Counted from the stretch's first letter, positions 18,783 to 28,388 are shown. The stretch: 63,972 bases of DNA from Candidatus Micrarchaeia archaeon (GCA_041663565.1 JBAYMJ010000005.1:1-63972); one strand, 5' to 3'. A program made the numbers and translations. Notes: generated from the letters alone by a model not told the origin.

Positions 18783-19787
18783 CTACTTCTTGAGTATTGC
18801 CTCTACTGCGGACTGCATCGCGGAGCCGCCGACTGCCTCCTTTCCATTGACATAGAAAGTGGGCGTGCCGGTCACTCCGACGCTCGCGCCGTATTCCGCG
18901 TCGGCATTGACCTTTGCCGCAGTCTGGTTGTCGTCAAGGCACTTGTCGAACTTGACGGTGTCAAGCGAGAGGTTCTTCGCGTACGCCTTCAGGTCAGCCA
19001 CGGCCAAGCCGGTGCCGTCGCCCGAGCCCTTGGAAAACATCACGTCATACATGGCCCAGCCCTTTGCCTCGCCCTGCAGCATCGCGCACTCGAAGGCCTC
19101 CGAGGCCTTCTGTGCAGTCGCGTGCATCGAGAGCGGGAAGTGCACCAGGTAGTACTTGACGCTTCCGTTGTACGTCTTGAGCACGGTCTCGGTGTTTGCA
19201 TATGCGACCTTGCAGTACGGGCACTGGAAGTCCGAGAACTCCACTATCGTGACCGTTGCGTTGTCGGCTCCCCTGTACGGCCTTCCGGAGACGTTGATGT
19301 TCACTGCTGGCTTGGGAGTCGGCTTGACGAGCTTCTCAGTCAGGTCCATGTACGTGCCGAGGAAGAGCTTCTTGCCGTCGGATGTCACGTATCCCGAGCC
19401 GGACTGCGCGACCGCGCCGTCCTGCACAATGTCGTAGAACGCCTTGTACATGTCGCCTTCCTTGGTGATGTTCGCAACCTGCACGGTCACGCCGTCGGGC
19501 GCGCCGTTGATTGCGACAAGAGTCGTGAGGTAGTCGCTCATGTCCGTCTTGAGCGCCGCAAGCTGCGCCGAGGTCAGGCCCGAGGGCGTCGCCGTAGCGG
19601 CGCATACGTCAGTCGAGTTGTTCGCCGGGCAGGCCGCTGCCGGGCTGAACGCCGCGTGCGCAAAATACCCCACTACCAGGCAGACGAGCCCCACCAGGGC
19701 GAGCACCGCGACTGCCGGGATCTTCTTTCCACCAGCGTGGTAATGGCCCTCGTGGTGCTGTGGATGACTGTGTTCGTGTCCGTCCAA
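18783..19787 (-). CDS. Membrane-anchored DsbA-family thioredoxin-fold protein
   Basis: EFSDFQCPYC, HFPL, GVTGTPTF; His-rich N-terminus, TM anchor; TTG start after GGAGG. Confidence 0.9.
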   Translation of the reverse strand: MDGHEHSHPQHHEGHYHAGGKKIPAVAVLALVGLVCLVVGYFAHAAFSPAAACPANNSTDVCAATATPSGLTSAQLAALKTDMSDYLTTLVAINGAPDGVTVQVANITKEGDMYKAFYDIVQDGAVAQSGSGYVTSDGKKLFLGTYMDLTEKLVKPTPKPAVNINVSGRPYRGADNATVTIVEFSDFQCPYCKVAYANTETVLKTYNGSVKYYLVHFPLSMHATAQKASEAFECAMLQGEAKGWAMYDVMFSKGSGDGTGLAVADLKAYAKNLSLDTVKFDKCLDDNQTAAKVNADAEYGASVGVTGTPTFYVNGKEAVGGSAMQSAVEAILKK

Positions 19788-19963
19788 AATAACCTACCTC
19801 CTACATTCAGGTGTCTGGAAAAATTACCGTTTCTGTGCGCGGCCCCCAAATAGCCCTTACCCAACTGGCCGCAGAAAGAATAGTCTTGCAAGGTGATATT
19901 TAAACCGGTGGTTTTTGTCCGGAAGAACCGGGGGCGATGGGGGGTGGACTGCGGGGGCAACGG

Positions 19964-20254
19964 ATGCAAAAAGTCTTAAACGAAGAATTAGTAACCATTC
20001 CGGGCGCAATCGCCCGAAACCGCAGTGGTGATGGACATTTGGCAAAGGCTCAGAAGAAAGTTGCAGCAACAGGCGATTACAACGCGCAGGCGGCCAAGAG
20101 GATGAACCTCTTCTCCAAGGTCAGGGGGCTCATGATTATGCTCATAGGCGGCACGCTCGTAGGCTTCGGCATGGGCGGCTACGACGCGTTCCGCGCATCG
20201 CTGTTCATAGGCCTGGAAGTGCTGCTGCTCGGGTTCGTCTGGCTTGCGGACTAA
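19964..20254 (+). CDS. Small membrane protein (2 TM)
   Basis: 96 aa with two C-terminal hydrophobic helices. Confidence 0.55.
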   Translation: MQKVLNEELVTIPGAIARNRSGDGHLAKAQKKVAATGDYNAQAAKRMNLFSKVRGLMIMLIGGTLVGFGMGGYDAFRASLFIGLEVLLLGFVWLAD

Positions 20255-20278
20255 ACCCAAGTTCCTATTGGTTCTGAA

Positions 20279-20590
20279 ATGAAGAGGAAGAAGGCCGGCA
20301 GGGCTGTTGCGAAAAAGCGCAAGCCCGGCTTTAAGCCTGCAAAGATGCTTGCCCACTCCGTGCCGCTGCGCCGGATGCAAAAGAGGCTGTTCTTCGAGCC
20401 TGCGGTCTATTACGCCTGCACCGGCAACTGCCTCGGCCTCGTGACCAAGGAGGCGCACGGCAGGGGCCACACGAGCTGCAGGATAATCGTCTGCTCAAAC
20501 TACGGCAAGCCCCTCAAGAAGATGCACTACTGCAGAAGCTGCAGGACGCACTACGAGCCGCACAAGAAGCACCACTGCCCCGGCCGCTAG
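20279..20590 (+). CDS. Small Cys/His-rich putative metal-binding protein
   Basis: Basic N-terminus, then CTGNC, HTSC, C, CRSC, HYEPHKKHHC. Confidence 0.6.
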   Translation: MKRKKAGRAVAKKRKPGFKPAKMLAHSVPLRRMQKRLFFEPAVYYACTGNCLGLVTKEAHGRGHTSCRIIVCSNYGKPLKKMHYCRSCRTHYEPHKKHHCPGR

Positions 20591-22077
20591 GCGTAAAGGT
20601 ATTCCTCCGCCCGCAATGCCATCGCGACCGGCTCCTTTCTTGCAAAGAACTTCGCGCGGCGCTGCCACTCCGACAGGAACTTCCCGTGGTCGGCGTTCGA
20701 AAGGCAGGACATAATCTTTTCCTTGAGCTTGCCGCTTCCGAAACCGCAGAAGCGAAGCGCCGAGCCCTTCGCGTCGAACGAAAAGATGGGCCGCGCAAGG
20801 AATGAGCCTCCTTCCTGGCACACCTCGCAAACCTCGGTCACCCTCCGCACCTCGCCACCTGTCCGTGCTGAAAGGTCGTAGACCGGAATCCGCCTTGCAA
20901 CTATGATTAGGTCCAGCGCCGCAAGGTCGTGGTCAGTCGCGCCCATCAGCCTCATCCGGCCAAGGCACTCGGCAGCGCTGTCGGAGTGGAAGGTGCAGTA
21001 GGTGCCGCGCGCCTGTCCTGAAAGCAGGCAGTCGAAAAGCGCCTTGCAGTCACCCTGCGTGCGCACCTCGCCTACGAAAACGCGGTCGGGCCGCATCCTC
21101 AAAGTGTCCTTGACAAGGTCGGCCATCGCGGCCTTGGAGGCAACCAGCCTTGCCACGTGCTTTTGCGCGGGCATCAGTTCGGGAGTGTCCTCCACAAGCA
21201 CAATCCTCTCTCGCGTGCCAACAAGGTCACACAGCGCGTTGAGCACGGTGGTCTTCCCGCCGCCGGTGTTTCCGGCCACTATGATTGAGCAGTCCGACTG
21301 CATCGCAAACCACAGGAAAGCAGCCGCTTCGGTGCTGATTGCCTTCACAGCTACAAGGTCTGCCATGTCCATCCTCTTTGCAGGAAAGAGCCTGATGGAA
21401 AACGAGACCCCTGCGGGGCTGATGGGCGGGCAGGACGCGTGGAGCCTGCCGCCGTTCGCAAGCTGGGAGTCAAGCCGCGGTGTTGCAAATGAGAGGCGCT
21501 TGCCGCTCCTTACTGCCATCCTGTTGACAGCAGCCATTGCGAAGCGCTCGGAGCACAAGAAGCAGTTGGTCGCAAGCCACGCTTTCCTGGTGCAGGAAAA
21601 GACGTAGAGGGGCTCGGCTGTTGAGACGAAGGCAATCTCCTCCAAGTCGTCGCGGGAAAGAAGGAAGTCGAGGCAGCCGAAGCCGCAGAAGGAATGGAAT
21701 AGTGCTGCTGCGATTTTTCCAGAGGACGGTTCGTCGATGGCCGTCCGGTGCCGGTTGCATACCGCTATGACTATCTTTTCAAAAGTGGAGGTGCTTGCGG
21801 CAGCTGAGGGCGACGACTCGACTGCAGCCGCATACTCCGCCGAAGCCTTCGCGAATACGGCTTCCTCCAATGCCGAGAACTCGAAGCGCTCGGCTACGCA
21901 AAGGAAATCCTTGCCTGCCTCCGCCTTTCCAGCGGATTTCTTTTCCGCGGCAGCCGCAGCCGCAACCGGCGCGGCAACCTTCCAGCCAACTACCCTGCTC
22001 AAACGCCCAAACCACACCCGCAAAGGGTATTGTGTTGGAAGGGGGAATTTAGGCGCAGGTAGAAGAAAAATAAACAA
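20587..22077 (-). CDS. CpaF/VirB11-family secretion or pilus ATPase
   Basis: Walker A GNTGGGKT, Asp box VEDTPEL, LRMRPDRVFVGEVR, His box TFHSDS; start uncertain. Confidence 0.88.
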   Translation of the reverse strand: MFIFLLPAPKFPLPTQYPLRVWFGRLSRVVGWKVAAPVAAAAAAEKKSAGKAEAGKDFLCVAERFEFSALEEAVFAKASAEYAAAVESSPSAAASTSTFEKIVIAVCNRHRTAIDEPSSGKIAAALFHSFCGFGCLDFLLSRDDLEEIAFVSTAEPLYVFSCTRKAWLATNCFLCSERFAMAAVNRMAVRSGKRLSFATPRLDSQLANGGRLHASCPPISPAGVSFSIRLFPAKRMDMADLVAVKAISTEAAAFLWFAMQSDCSIIVAGNTGGGKTTVLNALCDLVGTRERIVLVEDTPELMPAQKHVARLVASKAAMADLVKDTLRMRPDRVFVGEVRTQGDCKALFDCLLSGQARGTYCTFHSDSAAECLGRMRLMGATDHDLAALDLIIVARRIPVYDLSARTGGEVRRVTEVCEVCQEGGSFLARPIFSFDAKGSALRFCGFGSGKLKEKIMSCLSNADHGKFLSEWQRRAKFFARKEPVAMALRAEEYLYA

Positions 22078-22130
22078 TGGGTTTATGTGAATGCGACGGA
22101 CCGGCCTGCTGCTGCCTGTCGCCTCCTTGC

Positions 22131-22511
22131 CTACTGCCGCAGCGTAACTCTCGTCCCGGGCTTCAACCCATACTTCTTCGCCCAGCCTTTTGGCATCTCG
22201 ACGAGGTACTTGAAGGGCTTCTTGGGAACTATCCAGGCCTTCCAGCCGGGTATTGCGGCCATCACTTCGACTACCTTCCAGCCGGAATCTATGAATACCG
22301 CGTCGTAGGGCAAGAAGCAGAAGAACGAGTGCGTGGCGTTCGCGCCCCTTGCCTCGGACTCGAACTCAAAGAAAAGCGGCCTGGAAAACGGCTTGCGCAG
22401 GGGCGTGCCCTGCCACATTATGCCGAGGGCGCGGGAAAAAAGGCTTGCCGCAACGTCGGTCCAAAACGACTTTTGGCATTTTCCCTGCCTTCCAATAAAT
22501 ATTTTAGCCAT
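22131..22511 (-). CDS. DUF192 family protein
   Basis: FSRALGIM, HSFFCFLPYDAVFID, KYLVEMPKG...GLKPG. Confidence 0.8.
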   Translation of the reverse strand: MAKIFIGRQGKCQKSFWTDVAASLFSRALGIMWQGTPLRKPFSRPLFFEFESEARGANATHSFFCFLPYDAVFIDSGWKVVEVMAAIPGWKAWIVPKKPFKYLVEMPKGWAKKYGLKPGTRVTLRQ

Positions 22512-22576
22512 CCAAGTAATAGCTATTGTACCGGTTAATCAGCATATCGCCGTCAATGTATAGTGGGCAAGCACCA

Positions 22577-23281
22577 ATGCACAAGACTCTTTCAAGCCTG
22601 GCAATAATCCCCGACGGGAACAGGCGCTACGCGCAGAAGAACAACATAGCGGTCGAGCAGGCCTACTTGGCGGGATTCCGCAAGTCCGAGGAGGCGGTCC
22701 GCTGGTGCGGCGACTCCGGCATCAAGACGCTCACGTACTGGGCGCTTTCCCTGGACAACTTCTCCAAGCGCTCCACTGACGAGCTTTCCTTGCTTTTCAA
22801 GCTGATGAAGTCGCACGCCCAGCGCGTCCTCGACTCGCAGGCTTACAAGGACAACGAGGTCACCGTGAGGTTCTTCGGCAAGCGCGAGCTCCTGCCTGCC
22901 GAGCTTAACCGCATGTTCTCCAAGGTAGAGGAGATGTACCCGGAGCGCAACGGCGGGCTTTCGCTCAACATGGGAATCGCATACTCGGGCCGCGACGAGC
23001 TTTTGAACGCTGCTCAGAAGCTCGCGGCAGACATTTCATCGCAGAAAGTGCGCGCAAACTCGCTCACCGAGTCGGAGTTCGAAAAATACCTATACTTGCG
23101 CGAATCACCCGACCTTCTCATCCGCACCGGAGACTCGCACCGGCTCTCGGGCATGATGCCCTGGCAGACGGTCTATTCCGAATTGTTCTTCTCGCCCAAG
23201 CTCTGGCCGGAGGTCACCAAGGCCGACTTCGAGGAAGCGGTCGCGTTCTACGACTCCACGGACAGGAAGTTCGGGAAATAA
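22577..23281 (+). CDS. uppS: cis-prenyltransferase (undecaprenyl diphosphate synthase family)
   Basis: IIPDGNRRYA, ALSLDNFSKR, PDLLIRTG, RLSG..PWQTVYSEL. Confidence 0.93.
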   Translation: MHKTLSSLAIIPDGNRRYAQKNNIAVEQAYLAGFRKSEEAVRWCGDSGIKTLTYWALSLDNFSKRSTDELSLLFKLMKSHAQRVLDSQAYKDNEVTVRFFGKRELLPAELNRMFSKVEEMYPERNGGLSLNMGIAYSGRDELLNAAQKLAADISSQKVRANSLTESEFEKYLYLRESPDLLIRTGDSHRLSGMMPWQTVYSELFFSPKLWPEVTKADFEEAVAFYDSTDRKFGK

Positions 23282-23312
23282 AAAAACGGATAGCGGAAAT
23301 ACCGCAACAAGA

Positions 23313-23888
23313 CTATTTCTTGGCCTTGCGGTTGTGCGCCACAACCATCTCGGAAAACCTCTCGCCTACAATCCGGTTCATCGTCTTGTATATCCCGTTG
23401 GGGTTCGGGCCGTAGAGGCTCCAGGGAGTGGAAAAACGGCCGTTCCTCACGCTGAACTTCACCCCGCAGTCCCGCTTTCCCGACCCGGGCAGCCTGCTCG
23501 ACACTGCCTTTGCGACGTCGGCCATCCGGATTTTGACAACCGCGCCGGCCAGCTTGGATTTCGTCTTCGTGTCAAGGGCGACGTCCTGATTGTGGACTTC
23601 CACGGTCTTCGGCCCCGAGAGGACGGAATGCACCTGTTCATCCGACTCGGCATAGGAAAACGGCTTGATTTTGAAGTCTTTCTTGAGCTTGAACTGGAAA
23701 TCGCCCGCCTCTTTCGGGGTGTTGAACGAATACTTGTGGTAGGCCACCGGAGTCAGGTAATCCAGGCCGAACTCGCGGCTGGAAGGCGAGTCGCTCACGG
23801 CCTTTGGCCGGAACAGTATGTTGACTCCGGTTGCGCCCAGCTCCTGCGCCAGACTGCGGATTTTGACTGCCTCTTCCAAGATGCTCAC
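23313..23888 (-). CDS. Hypothetical protein
   Basis: 3' part of ORF 23313-24335 that does not overlap gpmA; GTG start at 23888 is a guess. Confidence 0.5.
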   Translation of the reverse strand: MSILEEAVKIRSLAQELGATGVNILFRPKAVSDSPSSREFGLDYLTPVAYHKYSFNTPKEAGDFQFKLKKDFKIKPFSYAESDEQVHSVLSGPKTVEVHNQDVALDTKTKSKLAGAVVKIRMADVAKAVSSRLPGSGKRDCGVKFSVRNGRFSTPWSLYGPNPNGIYKTMNRIVGERFSEMVVAHNRKAKK

Positions 23889-23914
23889 CTTCGAGTATGA
23901 ACCTATAAATATTC

Positions 23915-24676
23915 TTATTGCTTCTTTGCCTTTCCCTGGCTCGCCACTTTTTCCATCGCAGCCCTGATTTCCTCCGGGTCGCCGAGGAAGTAGTGCTTTA
24001 GCGGCTTGAGGGTGCGGTCGTCGAGCTCGTACACGAGCGGGATGCCCGTCGGGAGGTTGAGCTCGGTGATTTCTTCGTCCGAGACGCTGTCCAAGAACTT
24101 CACGAGCGAGCGCAGGCTGTTGCCGTGAGCAGCGATGAGGACGCTCTTTCCGCTTTTGATTGCGGGCGCGATGTCGGAATCCCAGAAAGGAAGGGTCCTT
24201 GCGACGTTGTCCTTGAGGCACTCTGTAAGCGGGATTTGCCCCGGGGAAAGGTCCTTGTAAAGCGGGTCGTTTCCTGAATAGCGCGGGTCGGTCTTTTCGA
24301 GCGCGGGCGGCCGCACATCGTAGCTTCTCCTCCAAATCTTGACCTGCGCCTCGCCGTACTTTGCGGCCATCTCGGACTTGTTCAGGCCTTGGAGCGCGCC
24401 ATAGTGCCGTTCGTTGAGCCTCCAGGACTTGACAACCGGAATCTTGGTCAGGCCCATTTCGGAAAGGACGATGTCAAGCGTGCGGGTGGCGCGTACTAGG
24501 ACGGAGGTGAAAGCGAGGTCAAAGGAGTAGCCTTCTTTCTTCAAAGTCTCGCCTGCCTGCTTGGCCTCCTCGACGCCCTTCTCCGAAAGGTCGACGTCGG
24601 TCCACCCGGTGAAGCGGTTTTCCTTGTTCCAGACGCTTTCGCCGTGACGCAGGAGTACGAGTCTCTTCATACGCAT
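23915..24676 (-). CDS. gpmA: 2,3-bisphosphoglycerate-dependent phosphoglycerate mutase
   Basis: [43 protein letters not shown]. Confidence 0.97.
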   Translation of the reverse strand: MRMKRLVLLRHGESVWNKENRFTGWTDVDLSEKGVEEAKQAGETLKKEGYSFDLAFTSVLVRATRTLDIVLSEMGLTKIPVVKSWRLNERHYGALQGLNKSEMAAKYGEAQVKIWRRSYDVRPPALEKTDPRYSGNDPLYKDLSPGQIPLTECLKDNVARTLPFWDSDIAPAIKSGKSVLIAAHGNSLRSLVKFLDSVSDEEITELNLPTGIPLVYELDDRTLKPLKHYFLGDPEEIRAAMEKVASQGKAKKQ

Positions 24677-24683
24677 TCACTTC

Positions 24684-25520
24684 CTATACCAAGACTATGC
24701 CCTTGGCGCCAGTAAAAGCCTTTCTCAGGTCCTGTTCGGCCTTGCCCGCATGCTCAAAGCGTATGCGGACAAGTGACTGGGGGCCTTTCCAGTTCTTGCC
24801 GTAGCGCAGCGCAAAGGCAACGGACAACTTCACTGCAAGGTCGGCCCCTTTATTGGGGTCAACTGACACGGTGAAGACTTCGCCGAAGTTCTTGTCCGGC
24901 ACCATCGAATCCTTTCCATAAACCAGGATTTCCGAGGGATGCTGCGATTCCGGCACCTTTGCCACCAGGTTTGGGTGGGTGCAGCTCTTGCTGCCTGAAA
25001 GCGCGCACTTTGCGCCTGCCGAAAGGACTTCAGGAGGTTCGCGCGCATCCGAGCACACGCTGCCGATTACGTCCACCTGCTTGCTGCGGTCCAGTTTTTC
25101 GAGCCCGTGGCTCGCTACCACTTCCACGCTGCCGTCGATGTGACCGTACTTGACTGCTATGACCGGAATGTTGTGCGCCTTGGCCTCTTCAAGGAGCCTT
25201 TTTGCGCGAGTGGCTGCGTCGGTCTCGAAGTTGATTTCATTTACTGCGGAAAGCAGTTGATGCTGCTCCATACCAAACCACTGCTTTGAACGGGGGTCCA
25301 GGTGGTATGCCTCCAGCGTTGCATAAATGTCCTTTACCCCCGCCTCCGCCTTCTGCGGGCTGAGGTTTCCAAGGGCGCCGCAGCCGTCGGGGCATTCGCG
25401 CGTCTTGCTGTGAGTTGCCACGACCATGAGCGGGTTTTCGTACTTTTGCCCCGTTTGGGGGACGAAAGTCCCTGCGAGGCTGTGGGCTTCCCTGATAACA
25501 ATCGGGGGCTGTACTGGCAT
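24684..25520 (-). CDS. Beta-carbonic-anhydrase-like protein with permuted motif order
   Basis: VVATH...CGA near the N-terminus, CSDAR mid-protein, QHP...DSMVP...GEVF...SVAFAL in the C-terminal half. Confidence 0.45.
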   Translation of the reverse strand: MPVQPPIVIREAHSLAGTFVPQTGQKYENPLMVVATHSKTRECPDGCGALGNLSPQKAEAGVKDIYATLEAYHLDPRSKQWFGMEQHQLLSAVNEINFETDAATRAKRLLEEAKAHNIPVIAVKYGHIDGSVEVVASHGLEKLDRSKQVDVIGSVCSDAREPPEVLSAGAKCALSGSKSCTHPNLVAKVPESQHPSEILVYGKDSMVPDKNFGEVFTVSVDPNKGADLAVKLSVAFALRYGKNWKGPQSLVRIRFEHAGKAEQDLRKAFTGAKGIVLV

Positions 25521-25679
25521 TCAAAAATCACCGTTTGGGGGTTTGATGGTTTTATCCAAATTAGCACAGTCAATCTTAAGAACCAAACGCAAAACTTGCC
25601 GTTCGTGCGGCCGCGCTTGCGGCTGATTTTTATTCCTTGTAAGCCCTAAAGGCATCAGCAACAAGGTGACTCTTACTTA

Positions 25680-27119
25680 ATGGCTCTTGAGAACTCGAAG
25701 GAAAAGGACTTCTCCGACTGGTACGCCGAGGTCGTGCAGAAGTCCGAGATGGCGGACTACTCGTCCATCCAGGGATGCATGGTGGTGCGCGAGAACGCGT
25801 GGGGAATCTGGGAGAACATACAGGACGCGTTCAACGCGATGATAAAGGCAACCGGGCACAAGAACGTGCTTTTCCCGCTTTTCATACCAAAGAACCTGCT
25901 TACGAAAGAGGCCGAGCATTTCGCCGGCTTCACGCCCGAAGTGGCGTGGGTGACCAAGGGAGGCGACACCGAGCTTGCAGAGCCGCTTGCAGTTCGGCCG
26001 ACTTCCGAGACGATAATGTACGAAAGCTACGCAAAGTGGATACACTCCCACCGCGACCTGCCGCTTCTTCTCAACCAGTGGTGCACTGTGGTGCGCTGGG
26101 AGACCAAGGCAACCAAGCCGTTCATCCGCACGCGCGAAGTGCCGTGGCAGGAAGGACACACAGTGCACGTTTCAAAGGAAGAGACCGACGCGGAAGTCAT
26201 GCTCATCCTCGGCTTTTACAAAAAGATTCTAGAAGATTACCTTGCGGTTCCGGTGCTTATTGGAAAGAAGAGCGACGGCGAGAAGTTCGCAGGCGCGCTC
26301 TACACGACCACCTGCGAGGCGATGATGCCCGACGGCAAGGCCCTGCAGTCCGCAACTTCGCACAACCTGGGCCAGAACTTCGCCAAGGCCTTCGGCATCC
26401 GCTTCAAGGACAAGGACGAGACCGAGCAGTACGCCTGGCAGGCCTCGTGGGGGATGTCAACGCGCACAATAGGCGCGATGATAATGGTGCACGGCGACGA
26501 CAAGGGAGTGGTAATCCCGCCAAAGGTCGCGCCTCTCAAGGTAGTGATTATCCCGATTGCATACTCCAAGCCGGACGACGCGAAGAAGGTGGCGAAATAC
26601 TGCGAGGGAATCTACGCAAAGCTCAAGGCAGCGGGCATCGCAGTCAAGCTCGACGACCGCGATGACAAGTCAGCTGGCTGGAAGTACAACGAGTGGGAGC
26701 TCAAGGGAGTGCCGCTTCGCCTTGAGATTGGCCTCAAGGACATCGAAAAGGACGCGGTGATGATGGTGCGCCGCGACACCGGGGTGAAGAACTCGGTTGC
26801 GAAGGAAGGACTTGAGAAGTCGGTTGAGGACGAGCTTTCAAAGATGCAGCACGACATGTTCGAGAAGGCAAGGAAGGCGCGCGACGAACGCATCTCCGAA
26901 GTCTCCGACTATGAGGAGTTCAAGAAGGCGCTCGAGACCAAGAAAGGGTTCGTGCGCATGAGCTGGTGCGACGAGCGCGAGTGCGAGGAGAAAATCAACA
27001 AGGACACCACCGCAACGGTGCGCCTGATTGCATTCGACGACCACCACCCCAAGCACAAGGCGTGCGGCCACTGCGGGAAGCCGGCGAAGGTAACCGCGTA
27101 TTTTGCTAAATCATACTGA
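25680..27119 (+). CDS. proS: Prolyl-tRNA synthetase, archaeal/eukaryotic type
   Basis: RPTSETIMY, NQWCTVVRWE, QEGHT, QSATSHNLGQNF, GMSTR; C-terminal CGHC and KSY. Confidence 0.97.
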   Translation: MALENSKEKDFSDWYAEVVQKSEMADYSSIQGCMVVRENAWGIWENIQDAFNAMIKATGHKNVLFPLFIPKNLLTKEAEHFAGFTPEVAWVTKGGDTELAEPLAVRPTSETIMYESYAKWIHSHRDLPLLLNQWCTVVRWETKATKPFIRTREVPWQEGHTVHVSKEETDAEVMLILGFYKKILEDYLAVPVLIGKKSDGEKFAGALYTTTCEAMMPDGKALQSATSHNLGQNFAKAFGIRFKDKDETEQYAWQASWGMSTRTIGAMIMVHGDDKGVVIPPKVAPLKVVIIPIAYSKPDDAKKVAKYCEGIYAKLKAAGIAVKLDDRDDKSAGWKYNEWELKGVPLRLEIGLKDIEKDAVMMVRRDTGVKNSVAKEGLEKSVEDELSKMQHDMFEKARKARDERISEVSDYEEFKKALETKKGFVRMSWCDERECEEKINKDTTATVRLIAFDDHHPKHKACGHCGKPAKVTAYFAKSY

Positions 27120-27130
27120 GAAGGCTAAAA

Positions 27131-27484
27131 ATGGAAAGAAAGCCGGCAAATGCACTTGAGTGGGAAGGCCACCTAAAGAAGGCCCGGGAGCAGCTTGACT
27201 TAGAGGAGTCCCGCTGGCTGCCCGGCGCTGGCGACAAGGGAAAGAGCATCGACGAGTTCTTCGGGCAGAGGAAGAAGAACCTCGAGCTTATGGGAAAGAA
27301 CATCAAGCGCCTGCATTTGCTTGAAAATGAACCCGTGCCAGAGAACCCCACCGACAGGAACCGATTGAACACCCTGATTAAGGAGACCACCAGACTCATT
27401 GAGCTTTCGCACAATATACATAAGGAAAGCTTCAACCAGCAAAAACCGGAAGCCCCAAAGAAGTGGCTATTCAAAACTGATTGA
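27131..27484 (+). CDS. Hypothetical protein
   Basis: 117 aa, starts 11 nt after the proS stop. Confidence 0.55.
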   Translation: MERKPANALEWEGHLKKAREQLDLEESRWLPGAGDKGKSIDEFFGQRKKNLELMGKNIKRLHLLENEPVPENPTDRNRLNTLIKETTRLIELSHNIHKESFNQQKPEAPKKWLFKTD

Positions 27485-27525
27485 ACAAAAGACCGATGGG
27501 AAATGCAAAAGCCCCTAGGGGGCGT

Positions 27526-27837
27526 TTACTTCTTCTCTCCCTTGAACGCCCACACGAAGAACTTGCCGAAAATAGAGCCCACCACGTTGACCAGGTTGCC
27601 CAGCGTGCCTGCAGCGTCTTCCATCGCCTTGCCGCTTCCGCCCGGGTCCCCGCTCCTTCCGGCCTGCTCGTGATGGTGATGCTCGTGCTCGCGGCTCCCG
27701 CCGACCTCTACAAGGCAGTACAGCACGAGCACCACAAGGGAAAGCAGGAATAGGAAGCTGGAGCCCGAGAGGAAGAATAGCCAGGCGACGACGCCGAGGA
27801 CGACCAACGTGAGCGCGTTCATGAAAGTACCTTTCAC
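27526..27837 (-). CDS. Small membrane protein with EHEHHH loop
   Basis: Two N-terminal TM helices, His patch, C-terminal amphipathic helix; start overlaps upstream stop. Confidence 0.7.
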   Translation of the reverse strand: MKGTFMNALTLVVLGVVAWLFFLSGSSFLFLLSLVVLVLYCLVEVGGSREHEHHHHEQAGRSGDPGGSGKAMEDAAGTLGNLVNVVGSIFGKFFVWAFKGEKK

Positions 27838-28115
27838 CCTTGTGGATAATAACCCTGCGGCCCGGCGCCCGCGCCGTCATCCTTGAAAAGCAGTATCAGC
27901 ACGAGCAACAGCCCGCCGCCTATCACGATGGGGTTGGTGCCGCCAAGCAGCACGCTCAGCGCGATTACCGCGCCGACTATCGCGACCAGGATGAGCGCCT
28001 TGTCCTTTGCAAGGACCAAAAGCAGGATGAATATCGCGCCCGCAACCTCGATGCGGTTGGCGCTGACTGCGAAAATCATCAGGAAGACGAGGAACAGGTT
28101 GGTGAAGTCAATCAT
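27834..28115 (-). CDS. Small membrane protein (3-4 TM)
   Basis: 93 aa, almost entirely hydrophobic. Confidence 0.75.
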   Translation of the reverse strand: MIDFTNLFLVFLMIFAVSANRIEVAGAIFILLLVLAKDKALILVAIVGAVIALSVLLGGTNPIVIGGGLLLVLILLFKDDGAGAGPQGYYPQG

Positions 28116-28154
28116 AGGCCAACACTCTTTCAGGCGTTTGTCATCCGCCCTTTC

Positions 28155-28388
28155 CTAGAACCACTCCGCGGGCTTTATCTTCGCAAACGCGCCTCCGAGG
28201 AACAGCACCGCAAAGAGCAGGTACCGGAACCAGTCGTAGGGCACCACCACGAGGTAGATGACGAGGATTGTGACTATTAGCGCGAGAAGGCGCGACTTGA
28301 TGACCCCGTCGGAAAGCAGGTTGTAGAGGCCGAAGAACACGAGTATCAGGGCGACGATGCCGAAGTCGTCCCAGAAGTCGAAAATCAC
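28155..28388 (-). CDS. Small membrane protein (3 TM)
   Basis: 77 aa; GTGA stop/start overlap; resembles 28788-29084. Confidence 0.75.
   Translation of the reverse strand: MIFDFWDDFGIVALILVFFGLYNLLSDGVIKSRLLALIVTILVIYLVVVPYDWFRYLLFAVLFLGGAFAKIKPAEWF

Noticed and set aside
19930-19958. G-rich run as a possible G-quadruplex
   Set aside because: Only three clear G3+ tracts in a GC-rich genome; no supporting context.
23313-24335. 340-aa ORF overlapping gpmA on the same strand
   Set aside because: The N-terminal part is an off-frame reading of gpmA; only the 3' part is kept as a hypothetical gene.
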